Origin: a bacterium
Lineage (GTDB): Bacteria; SAR324; NAC60-12
Length of the DNA: 12,627 bases
NCBI GenBank assembly: GCA_965233585.1
Contig: CBDDTI010000491.1
Span: 1-12,627 of the forward strand
Reading direction: 5' to 3'
The notes under the pieces: model-generated
Seen by the model: only the letters and a program-made list of their open reading frames with translations
Databases searched by the model: none
Told to the model about the DNA's origin: nothing
Made by a program: the position numbers and the translations under genes
Shown here: one piece after another, positions 1-10,160 of the stretch
How the letters are laid out: each line of letters begins with the position of its first letter
Position numbering within the stretch: the first letter of the stretch is position 1

Positions 1-52
1 AAACATCACTGCATCTGCCCGGATAATTTTCTGCCACCTGACTGTGTAAACA
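1..52 (+). CDS. Partial exon, C-terminal half of an EGF-like domain (KHHCICPDNFLPPDCVN) of a multi-EGF protein
   Basis: Frame 1 gives C-x-C-x8-C spacing; donor GTAAGT at 53, phase 1; similar to exon 9964-10086 (CICPPSYLPPDC). Confidence 0.85.
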
Positions 53-184
53 GTAAGTAAACAGTAAATGTCAACTGTTGTTGAATTTACGCTTCTTCCA
101 CAAAAAGGGTATCTCTATCTAAATGATAGTAGGTAAGTAATTTTTATTTAGCCAGGGTGGCCCATTCAGCAAGTGATGGATCTT

Positions 185-431
185 CAATCGTGGACAAAAG
201 TCCTGGGACAGATTTGCACTTTTGGCGCTTTTGCACACACAACTTCACCTGCCTAATCTTTCCCCCCCCCCCCCCCCCCCCACCGCCCTACAATTTGTTG
301 AAAACTAGTCCTTGGAATTTTACCTGACTTTTTTTATTGGGTGGAGAGGGGGACGGCAACGCGTTTTTAAAAGGATAGACGCTTTTTTAGTTAAAGCTCA
401 GTTGTAAAACACTGACGTTTTTGCTCAATTG
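185..431. mobile_element. Degenerate Tc1/mariner-like MITE
   Basis: Starts CAATCGTGGACAAAAGT (Tc1-like terminus); decayed inverse TTTTGCTCAATTG followed by TA at 432; the right end is uncertain. Confidence 0.4.
262..281. repeat. Poly-C run (C20)
   Basis: 20 consecutive C. Confidence 0.95.
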
Positions 432-666
432 TACAACAAGCAAATAATATTTTCGCGTCAAATTAACCAGCAGGCGTCACTTTGTACCGCCCGTTGTAAG
501 GCTTAAGGCGGGCCGGGTCGTATCTAAGGGCAATGGAAACAAGTTACTGCCCTGAGCAAGCTAACAGGTTCAGGGTACAAATTCTTAGGATCTCACAACA
601 TCAAAATAGCTTTTTAAACAGGATGTATTTTATCCGGGAGGATTATAGGTGATACGATAAGCAATG

Positions 667-1085
<419 letters not shown>

Positions 1086-1524
1086 TGAGCGATATGATTA
1101 GCGATATTTGGCTGGTAAGGTACTCAAAGTAAAGGAAGGCTTATATCGGAGGAGGACTCGGAATAGTTTTTGGGCGGGAACAGCTTTTAGTTTTTGAAAA
1201 TCAGTTTTTACGTTCTTTAGACATCATTGAAACCTTGATGATCAGTTAGATGATAGATCCAATACGGGGATTTATAACGTCATTCAGGTGAAATGCGATA
1301 CCACTTGACTAGCTCTGATAGAAAAGGGGCTTCGTCTAACTTTATCAAGTCTAAAATAAGTCATAAATGCCGTAAACTTTAAATAATGCCAGATCCAATA
1401 GGATCCCCCATGACGTCTTTACAAATTCTCTGCCATAAAGCAACCAGCAGCCTTTATGAAAACGGAATACAACTGTCTCTCCATCCTTCCGGTCTTTAAT
1501 TCTGACGTTTGTTTTATCATGCAG

Positions 1525-1641
1525 AGACAGTGCATCCATGTGTTCCTAATCCCTGTCAGAACGGTGGCACTTGTCAAGTGTCAAAAGATAAAAGAAGTTT
1601 TACTTGCAACTGCAAAGGCAGTTTAAAACCTCCTCTTTGTA
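1525..1641 (+). CDS. EGF-like domain exon ((K)TVHPCVPNPCQNGGTCQVSKDKRSFTCNCKGSLKPPLC)
   Basis: Pyrimidine-rich acceptor ending GCAG at 1524, donor GTAAGT at 1642, 117 bp phase 1-1, six Cys with canonical PCQNGGTC. Confidence 0.93.
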
Positions 1642-1868
1642 GTAAGTAACTAAATATCACTTTTCTGATATTTTATACTTAACATGGCGCCCGTCCCCAG
1701 TGTACAAACTCCTAATAGAAATTAGACCTTAGAGAGAAGATAAGAATACAACAATATGCCTTGGTTGTATGTTATCCTTGCTAGCCACTTTGAACACCTT
1801 ACAAAATGACGTCTTTGAAAAGCACTTTCAGAATAAAATTTGAAGGAACTTGTTTCGTTGCAAGTGAT

Positions 1869-2238
1869 CACAGGCGTCCCAAGCTCACGTTTGGAGAAAG
1901 CGAAGAATAATTATCTGTTCTTCCCTTCATAAGATGGCATAAAAACCCCAAAACAGCGAAAATAACGAAAAAGCACAACGGACACGCAAGAGGTGAGTTT
2001 GTTTTAATCATTTTACTCAAAAAACGTGGATATTTCAAAATATTTAGCATTGTAAATCGACGATATTTTATTCCGCATACAATGTCTTATACAGCGCTCA
2101 AATTCTCAACGGTTCTCGTGTAACCTAACACCGCGCAAGATGAAAGGTCACGTTCCAACTCGCACAGCCGTGACGTTTAAATGAATAAATAGATAATTAT
2201 TCTTCGCTTTCTCCAAACGTGAGCTTGGGACACCTGTG
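1869..2238. mobile_element. MITE, P-element-like
   Basis: 48-bp TIRs 1869-1916/2191-2238 (1 mismatch) starting CACAGG; 7-bp TSD AAGTGAT at 1862-1868 and 2239-2245. Confidence 0.88.
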
Positions 2239-2272
2239 AAGTGATGAGCGTTTTTCATCTTTTCAACTTGGG

Positions 2273-2307
2273 CGATACACTGAAATGTACTACATTTCAG
2301 TGCATCG
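2273..2307. repeat. 35-bp near-perfect palindrome
   Basis: CGATACACTGAAATGTA-C-TACATTTCAGTGCATCG, 1 mismatch. Confidence 0.8.
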
Positions 2308-2506
2308 TCTACAGACGAAAGGGTGAGCAGTCCCTTTTTTTGTGTAGTAGATTTACTACCTACTCTTCATTCTTTTTTGTACTATTACAAGCAATAATGA
2401 AGTGTTGATCACTGACGTCAATTATTTTCGGATTGACTCCTTTTTTAAAAATCAAAAACCAACACTTTAAAGACGATATGATATTAAAACAACAGTCATC
2501 TTAATA

Positions 2507-2542
<36 letters not shown>

Positions 2543-2583
2543 CCCAATTTAAGCAATTGGAAAGAAGAAGCCTGAAAAAATCA

Positions 2584-2657
<74 letters not shown>

Positions 2658-2687
2658 ACACATTGGGAGCGAGGTCAATTTATTGAG

Positions 2688-2720
<33 letters not shown>

Positions 2721-2847
2721 GTTTTATATGAAATAATTCATATTTGTACTGCGGTTATAGATGAAAGTGAAGAGTGACCATCGCAGTAAATTTGAATGTA
2801 AATTTGAAGCCCTGATTTTTTCAGGCTTCTTCTTTCCAATTGCTTAA

Positions 2848-2885
<38 letters not shown>

Positions 2886-2926
2886 TCTATAACCGCAGTA
2901 CAAATATGAATTATTTCATATAAAAC

Positions 2927-2959
<33 letters not shown>

Positions 2960-2989
2960 CTCAATAAATTGACCTCGCTCCCAATGTGT

Positions 2990-3063
<74 letters not shown>

Positions 3064-3100
3064 TGATTTTTTCAGGCTTCTTCGGTTTCCAATTGCTTAA

Positions 3101-3138
<38 letters not shown>

Positions 3139-3237
3139 TCTATAACCGCAGTACAAATATGAATTATTTCATATAAAACTTCACAGTCATCTTAATAGTT
3201 AAAATTCGATTTACTTATCTGTTTCCTTCCTGTGTAG

Positions 3238-3375
3238 CTTGTGACTGTCCAAAAGGTGATCCCCATTGGGTTCCTCCCATTCTTTCACAACAATGCAAAG
3301 AAAACGGAGCCTGCTACTGCCCTAGTTATAATGGGAAAACCCACACGATGACAGATAAAGGTTGCCGGGAAGCAA
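3238..3375 (+). CDS. Cys-rich non-canonical module exon ((T)CDCPKGDPHWVPPILSQQCKENGACYCPSYNGKTHTMTDKGCREA)
   Basis: Acceptor tttccttcctgtgTAG at 3237, donor GTAAGA at 3376, 138 bp phase 1-1, open and in frame with flanking EGF exons, six Cys. Confidence 0.85.
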
Positions 3376-3571
3376 GTAAGAAAATATTTCTGCGACAATT
3401 GTTAAAAAGAACCATAGTACGAGTATAAACAAGTTGTAATAAAACTTGCGGATAACATTACCAATTCAGATTCTTTGCAAACGGGCCGTCAAATAACGTC
3501 ATAACATCGTCCACTCGTTTTCGTTTTATGCATGTGTATGGTAATGGCGATTCAGCTTTAAACTGAACTAA

Positions 3572-3924
3572 GGGGAGTTCTTCTTAACTACAAAGTTAGA
3601 GTACATGATAAGAGACTGCCACAGGCGATATTTACAGGCAAGCTGTTTTAGAGTGTTTTGCAGTGCATTTCATTTCGTGAATTTCATTTAAAGGAACGGT
3701 TGCTTTCAAAAAATATTGACACTAATTTAAATTTTCGGATTTAGATGGCTCTTAAATTTCAGGCTTTTTCATATGACTAGTCAAAATGGCTGTACGTGAT
3801 TTGAAACCTTTGCTGGACTCTTCAATGGAACAAACCTGTGCGAAAAAGCACAGGTCTGTTCTAGTTTTCAAAAAGTTTCCATAGCAAAACTTCTTGATGA
3901 ATTGGTAGTTAAGAAGAACCTCCC
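3572..3924. mobile_element. MITE, Kolobok-like
   Basis: 20-bp TIRs 3572-3591/3905-3924 (GGGGAGTTCTTCTTAACTAC, 2 mismatches); flanks CTAA and TTAA. PIF/Harbinger is not excluded. Confidence 0.7.
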
Positions 3925-4082
3925 TTAAACTCGTATGGTTTTGAAAACTGCATAAGGATTGCAGACTCTCGCTAATGGCTGATTACGAGGTCTGCGTTTA
4001 CTACTGGGCAGTTCATTTAAAAGGAAATATGGACGCCAAAGTCTTCCTATTAGAAAAGTTGAGAAAAGAGAAGTTTAGCCAA

Positions 4083-5158
4083 AATATTAACCTCTTACTA
4101 ACCGAGCGCGAGGGTCGTACCGGGGATTATTGGCCCGAGGTCGTGGCAATACGCTCGGTCTGTACAAAAACGACTGAGCTAGGGTTGTAAGTAGTTTAGT
4201 ATATGGATATAGGGCCATGCTTGTTTATTTTCTGTTAAACCGCACTTCCGGTCACTCGAAGGGCTTCCTACGCGTGTTTTGGATTACGTGAGCAACAAAA
4301 AGAACAAGCTACATGTACCACGAGTTTGAAAACAAATTCAATGCACGTAAATCATGTTGAAAATAACCAAGGCTTGAAGCACGATTTGTAACAGAATATG
4401 TCACAAGTCTCAACAACTGCACTGAGTTTGTTGATATTCTGAAAATGGTTTCTGTCGATGCTGCATCGCAAATATGGATGAAGAATTGGTTGCTGTGAAT
4501 ATCATTCAAACATATACACAGCTAATGAACAGATGAAGAGGCAGTCTTAAAGTCAATCCTCCTCGTCTCTCAAGATAACAGTTCGACGCTTCTTTTCATT
4601 CTGGACAATTCTGCGTTGAAAACTGGAAATTGTTGCTACCTTGTACTCTTGTCCGTGTTTCCTGTGTTTGTTCACAAAAAATTTCAGTGAACAAGAAGTG
4701 GTCGAGTTCCTTCGCAGGTATAGGATTTTAACTCTTTCATTTGTCATACCGTTACCTTTCACTCTTAGTAGCCATCTTCTTAATTGTGTTTGCAGTTTTT
4801 TGCTTCTTTATAAAATCCTCTTGACTAGCTTTCGTCGATGCCTGATTAAGTCTCTACATTGGAAGTTTCCAGATTTTCAGGTACAGTTCGCTTCGTGAAT
4901 ATTTATCTTCCTCGTTCTTATTGTAAGCTCTGTAAAATATCAATCTTTCAGGTAGTTTCATTGCGAAGAATGAGAGTATTTACACGTTTTCTTTTCGTCT
5001 TTGGTTGCAAATTTTGAATTTGTCGATTTTCGAAAACCAAAAAAAAACATTACACAACTTGTGACCGTCTCCATGGAAATGGACCGTATGGAGAAATCCC
5101 GACCAAGAAAGAACCAATCAGAACGCTCGGATTTACCTCAAGACTGTCATATAATTAA
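4083..5158 (-). mobile_element. Internally deleted Crypton-type element
   Basis: On the minus strand: TGATTGG near its 5' end (5114-5120), a recombinase relic inside, and a partly deleted terminal hairpin whose end ACCTCTTACTAACCGAG (4090-4106) is the exact inverse of 10619-10635. Confidence 0.7.
4520..4830 (-). pseudogene. Crypton/DUF3504-family tyrosine recombinase N-terminal relic
   Basis: Frameshifted minus-strand peptides QEDFIKKQKTANTIKKMAT, PAKELDHFL, KFFVNKHRKHGQEYKVATISSFQR, ILRDEE resemble the Crypton/ZMYM-type region preceding the catalytic domain (recognised by eye). Confidence 0.65.
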
Positions 5159-5168
5159 CCATGAATTA

Positions 5169-5262
5169 CTCCATCAGCGCGGGTTGGATATGAGATGGTA
5201 AATACTGAGCCAAAGAGGCTCGTAGGGCTGAGTTGGCTATAACCAATCTCAAACAGCCAAGC
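5169..5262. repeat. Decayed terminal hairpin of another element of the same class
   Basis: GTTGGATATGAGATGGT..AGCCAA pairs imperfectly with TTGGCTATAACCAATCTCA..CCAA. Confidence 0.5.
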
Positions 5263-5309
5263 AAAATCTCACAACTTCAAAAAACTGATCGTGTCTAAAA
5301 CACCACAGA

Positions 5310-5400
5310 ATACATATGAGTAACATACGAATAACATACGAGTACATACGAGTAACATACAAGTACATACGAGTAACATACGACTACATACGACTACACG
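5310..5400 (+). repeat. 10/11-bp minisatellite (ACATACGAGT[A])
   Basis: Tandem units in the left arm of the foldback element. Confidence 0.9.
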
Positions 5401-5436
5401 CAACCAAATATGACAATATACAGGTTATATATGAAT

Positions 5437-5483
<47 letters not shown>

Positions 5484-5553
5484 TATTACAAGATAATTTG
5501 GTTTTATCAACTGAGTTGACAATGTAAGTTAGCCATCGTAAAAAGATTCGAAA

Positions 5554-5587
5554 GCTGACGTTTCGAGCGTTAGCCCTTCGTCGGAGC
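5554..5587 (-). ncRNA. Minimal type I hammerhead ribozyme motif, mirror copy
   Basis: Exact reverse complement of 5598-5631. Confidence 0.7.
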
Positions 5588-5597
5588 AAATCGATTT

Positions 5598-5631
5598 GCT
5601 CCGACGAAGGGCTAACGCTCGAAACGTCAGC
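5598..5631 (+). ncRNA. Minimal type I hammerhead ribozyme motif (variant core CCGACGA)
   Basis: GCT-CCGACGA-A-GGGC-TAAC-GCTC-GAAA-CG-TC-AGC: stem I, core, stem II, GAAA, palindromic short stem III, UC site. Confidence 0.7.
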
Positions 5632-5807
5632 TTTCGAATCTCTTTACGATGGCTAACTTACATTGTCAACTCAGTTGATAAAACCAAATTATCTTATATA
5701 TGAATACATTGGTAACATACTGATGCATAGGAGCAAAACACGATTACAGGAGAGTAATAGACATGAATTTTTGTCTTTTCTTTTTATTTTTACATGTGCG
5801 CAGGATA

Positions 5808-5841
5808 TGGACTCACTGTTAAACTGGACTCACTGTTAAAC
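5808..5841. repeat. 17-bp tandem duplication
   Basis: TGGACTCACTGTTAAAC x2. Confidence 0.9.
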
Positions 5842-6050
5842 TCTTTTAAGTAAATCAGGTAGTGCCTGATGAACTTTGCGTCACTAGAGCATAAGGCTTC
5901 CTTCACTCATTTTGCAGTTAACAGTTTGTTTGGTTACAGTTGTCTGCTTTACAAAATTATTACAACATGATAATTCTTTCCAAGCTTCGTTGAAAAATCA
6001 TGGTTTACATTTTCTAAGTTTACATCATGATTTTGTTATTGTATAGTTAA

Positions 6051-6281
6051 AGGAGCTTAGTCACGGTATTTTGAGTTATTTTGAGCATCGACAAAATTAC
6101 CGTTAAATTGAAGGAAACCTGAAAATAATACTTTACAAAGATGCAAAAACATCAAAGAGATGATAATAAACCATAAGGGAACAAGGATGGTTAAGGTGGA
6201 GAAGATTGACACGGATTACAAACAACGAAATTGAAAAGTTTTGCTAAACTTTTCAAAACCCTTAACCGTGACTCAGTCCCT
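6051..6281. mobile_element. Kolobok-like MITE
   Basis: TTAA TSD at 6047-6050 and 6282-6285; 16-bp imperfect TIRs AGGAGCTTAGTCACGG / CCGTGACTCAGTCCCT with 5'-RR ends. Confidence 0.8.
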
Positions 6282-7053
6282 TTAATAAAGCTCAAACGTT
6301 TCTCTTTTCTTAAATCATTAGACAGGTTTTCATATCGTTATAGTTTGTTCCAGTTTTCGAATCCAAGTTATAAGTTATTGTTCAACTTTCAATATACATT
6401 GATTAAGACTTTGTGAAGTGACGGGGATATTCATTTCAAAGTAATGTTATTGTTTCCAGCCTTTATAAAATGTTTTCTGACTTGCATTATGAAGGGTATA
6501 TTGTATATCTGGATTAAAATATATACGGATTTTAAATATACTTATGCTAAGATGATAACCAAAATTTGCAAATTTGAAAGACAGGTTGACCGTTTTACCC
6601 CTTAGTTGAAGAAAGGGAGAGGGTTCAATTCATCGAATGAAACGATACCCTTCGCCCCTGTAACAGCACGTCACACACAGATACACCCTTAAGCTTTTAC
6701 TATTCTATTACTTCATGGAAAATAATGTTGCGAGACATTTGCACGTCCTAAATCTTGTGCGCAGCCATCGTAATATGCATTTTTTTTAATGCCACAACGT
6801 TACATCTTATCACATAAGCGCTCAGGTTTGTTTGCACGTGTTTGGCGAGCGTATGGAGAACGTCGATGCGTGTGTTGTACGCGTGTATGTGACACTTGGC
6901 GCGCTCGCGTGTGCGGCAAGACATGACCCGCGCACATGTATAAAATGAAATGTAAAAAATGGTACATTTCATGTTTATTACCCTCCTGAAATGATATGTT
7001 GCTCTTATGCATTCGTATGCAATCCAGAGTCTTCGTAATTAGTATCACCCAAC

Positions 7054-7091
<38 letters not shown>

Positions 7092-7287
7092 GCTACAAGG
7101 GGACTATTAGTAATAGTCATCCAGTAGCGAAACTTTCGGTTAGTTTTTCTTTCGTCTTTTTTGCAAAATAAATATTTCTTCAACTTGCAGTTGCTGACTT
7201 TATTATTGCCTTTTCTGTCCGACTAGTTGGGTGATACTAAAACAATTAGACCCTTTGCCCTCAAGGGCAACGGGTCAATAGCCCATT

Positions 7288-8575
7288 TAGCCTGCGAGCA
7301 GGCTCACTTGTTTGGACGGGGAGCCTCGACCAAGAGCTGGCGAGAAGAATGGGGCGAGGTAAAGTGAGCCTGCACGCGAGCTATTGATTTTTGAATTCCC
7401 TGCGTTCGCTGACGAACGCAGCGATCCGATTGGTTTAAATTGACAGGTTACAGAAACCAGTACAACCTCAGGGCATTTCTCATCACGCAAACCGTCTGTA
7501 GACTTTGTTCAAGGAGCGTTCCTCGAGATTTTGATTAATTCTGACTTAAGTTTTGAACTAAAACTGGAGCAGAAAATACCTGTGAATCGTTTACTGGACG
7601 GGGGGAATGTTTTCGCAATGATGCCGACCGGTTTCGGTAAGAGTTTTTTTTCAGCCGTGTTCTCCGCATCACAGCGATCGAACAGAAGAAGATTTGAGTG
7701 TGGTTTTAGTTATTTGCCCGTTGATAGGCCTGATCGAAGTTCAGATTAAGGAAGGACAACCTCTTGGTTTGACCTGTGCTTCGCTAGCGCTACAAGATGT
7801 ATATGACCTTTTTAGCGACAATCCTTGGCCACAACCTCTGTTTGCATCAGCAGAGAAGGCACTCGATAATGACTAAAGACAGCTCTTCAGAGGTTCCACA
7901 ACAAGTTGAATTGATAGTTGTAGACGAACCACACACTGTAGAGATCTGAACGGGTAAAAATAGTCGGTAGAAAATCAAGCTTTCGCTTTTAATTTGAACA
8001 TGCGATCGCTTGTAGCGTAGCACGTCTGCGAAACATTTTTTTGCTTTTAAAGAGCTTTCTTCACCACTTGAATGAAAATTTATTGTTATTGTACTCTCTT
8101 TCGCATTTCTTTCATCTGGTTCCCTGTATTTCGGAATTTCAGGTTTTAGATGTGAACTTTATTTTTGCAAACTAGATTTATGCATATTTCATGTGCATAT
8201 TTAATTTGCGACAACCATCGCGGTTTGTTTGTTTGTTTACTTTATTGGAGTCTTATTCAGCAACAACAGACTGGCTACTAATTTAGCACAGTTGAAATAC
8301 GATTGATCTCAAAGTAATTAGCTTGTTTTTGTGGACCTTTTGACTTACAACTTTCATCTTTCTTTCGCAGCGCTCTAATATATTTCGTGCCGCGAAGAGA
8401 TTGTTTGCTTTTGTGTTATCAAATTATCTGACACATGTGAAATGCCGACTTGACACCTCGCGAGGGGCGGAATTCAAAAATCAATAGCTCGCGTGCAGGC
8501 TCACTTTTCCTCGCTTTACCCACACTTTTCCTCGCTTCGCCGGTTCTCGGTACAAGTGAGCCTGCTCGCAGGCTA
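7288..8575 (+). mobile_element. AcademH-like DNA transposon, deletion derivative
   Basis: Perfect 24-bp TIRs starting TAG (7288-7311/8552-8575); 46-bp subterminal IRs 7354-7399/8469-8514; 9-bp TSD TAGCCCATT (7279-7287, 8576-8584); RecQ helicase relic inside. Confidence 0.88.
7531..7958 (+). pseudogene. RecQ-like SF2 helicase relic carried by the AcademH element
   Basis: LKLEQ (Q motif), VFAMMPTGFGKS (motif I), VVLVICPL..LIEVQ (Ia), LFASAEKAL (Ib), LIVVDEPHTVEI* (II), broken by frameshifts and stops. Confidence 0.85.
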
Positions 8576-8671
8576 TAGCCCATTCGGCTTCGCCTCATGG
8601 GCTATTGACTCGTAGCCCTTTCGGGCTACGGGTCTAATTGTTAAAAAACCTGTATATTACCATATTTGGTC

Positions 8672-8872
8672 GTGTGTAGTCGTATGTTACTCGTATTTAG
8701 TCGTATGTACTCGTATGTACTGGTATGTTACTCGTATTTACTCGTATGCTACTCGCATGTACTCGTATGTTACTCGCATGTACTCGTATGTTACTCGTAT
8801 GTACTCGTGTGTTACTCGTATGTACTCGTATGTTACACGTATGTACTCGTATGTTACTTGTATGTAGTCGTG
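8672..8872 (-). repeat. 10/11-bp minisatellite ([T]ACTCGTATGT), inverse of 5310-5400
   Basis: Longer array in the right arm; explains the YSYVLVC-repeat ORF 8666-8896. Confidence 0.9.
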
Positions 8873-8939
8873 TGGTGTTTTAGTCACTTACAGTGACTTT
8901 CCTTGCCATCTAAAGGTGTAAAGAAATAAACTTGCGTTG

Positions 8940-9122
8940 ATTAATCGTCTATCGAATTATAAAAAGGGCGAAATTCGTTCTAATTCGTTCACGAAAGTAG
9001 ATCAACTCGACGGATTGCGCCCGCTGTAGTGGTCCGGGTGAAAAAATTGCGCCCACTTCAGGAACAAATCAGATCGCAGGGTTTCTTGAATTCCGCCCGC
9101 TCACCGGACGAAAAAAAGTATA
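8940..9122 (-). mobile_element. 5' fragment of another probable Crypton-type non-autonomous element
   Basis: Minus strand GTGAGCGGGCGGAATTCAAGAAACCCTGCGATCTGATTTGTTC has the same spacing to a decayed TGATTGG; no matching far end seen. Confidence 0.35.
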
Positions 9123-9330
9123 AATATTGATACGTTTTGGCGAAATCCTGTCTACGCTTGAGGAAATCATTAAGCCGCATCAGTAAAAACACAGCAACAA
9201 TAAATTGTTAATCAGGTTATATTTCTGTGATGGCTGAGCCGGATCTACACAATTACTGGTAGAATAGAAACTGAATATTAGGAGACTCTCTCTTTGTTGG
9301 ATGCTGCTTACCAGTTTTTATTCTCTCCAG

Positions 9331-9456
9331 GGGTGAATCCTTGCAAGAGCAATCCATGTCAAAATGGTGGAGAATGCTTTTCTAGTCCCGATAATTTGTC
9401 TTTTATCTGTCAATGCCACGAGCCATGTACAGGGGACCTTTGCCAAAACTGTGATG
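9331..9456 (+). CDS. EGF-like domain exon with 8 Cys ((R)VNPCKSNPCQNGGECFSSPDNLSFICQCHEPCTGDLCQNCD)
   Basis: Acceptor ttttattctctcCAG at 9330, donor GTAAGT at 9457, 126 bp phase 1-1. Confidence 0.93.
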
Positions 9457-9963
9457 GTAAGTGACATTTATAATGATCGATCATTTGCATACCATCCGTG
9501 TGTAGCCTAGTAGCATGTACAATGCTTCAGATTTTCTAGACTTTATACTAGTTCCACTTTGAGAGTATTCTTTAGTTCATTTTTCGGTAATGTATTTTTA
9601 GAGCACGTAAAATACATGAATAAATAAATAAATTAAATAGCTGTATGCAAGAGCCCATTACTAGGAGCCTGCAACTCCCATGATAAGCCAATGCAGCGGT
9701 TTTTTACAGACAAGTCTATTTTTAGATATTTTTCTTCCGAAATAAACCAGTTCCAGCGGCCTGACGTGAGCATATCAACATGTCAAACATTTTCGTAAGT
9801 TGATGGAACATGAAAAACTTTGTAAAAATTGTACAAAGTGCTGTTTTTATTTAATTTTTATTAAGTTACTCTTTAAAAAGCCTTATCTGCCAGATACGTT
9901 CTCTATGAAATTATGTTAAAATACGTTTTAATTTGCTTTTCTTTTTTGTTCATAACTATTCAG

Positions 9964-10086
9964 CTACTAAGATTTGCACGCCTGGATATTGCAAAAATGG
10001 CGGCACCTGTATAGTTGTGGGAACAAAGCCTTTCTGCATATGTCCACCGAGTTATCTACCACCTGACTGTAGTCATCATATCACAG
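9964..10086 (+). CDS. EGF-like domain exon ((A)TKICTPGYCKNGGTCIVVGTKPFCICPPSYLPPDCSHHIT)
   Basis: Acceptor ttCAG at 9963, donor AG/GTACAT at 10087, 123 bp phase 1-1, six Cys. Confidence 0.9.
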
Positions 10087-10160
10087 GTACATGATTGATA
10101 GATTTAAATTTTGTAACCCTCTTAGCTTGTAATTCGCAACATAAAATTGAATACTGACTT

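Noticed and set aside
5804..5850. Possible extra exon after a strong acceptor-like site ending at 5803
   Set aside because: There is no Cys pattern or sustained frame compatible with the host exons, and it lies inside a repeat.
7531..7876. Cellular RecQ/BLM/WRN gene
   Set aside because: It is frameshifted, truncated after motif II, and enclosed by transposon TIRs and a TSD.
8666..8896. ORF with YSYVLVC repeats; array superficially CRISPR-like
   Set aside because: It is a read-through of a 21-bp (10+11) minisatellite with no unique spacers and no cas genes.
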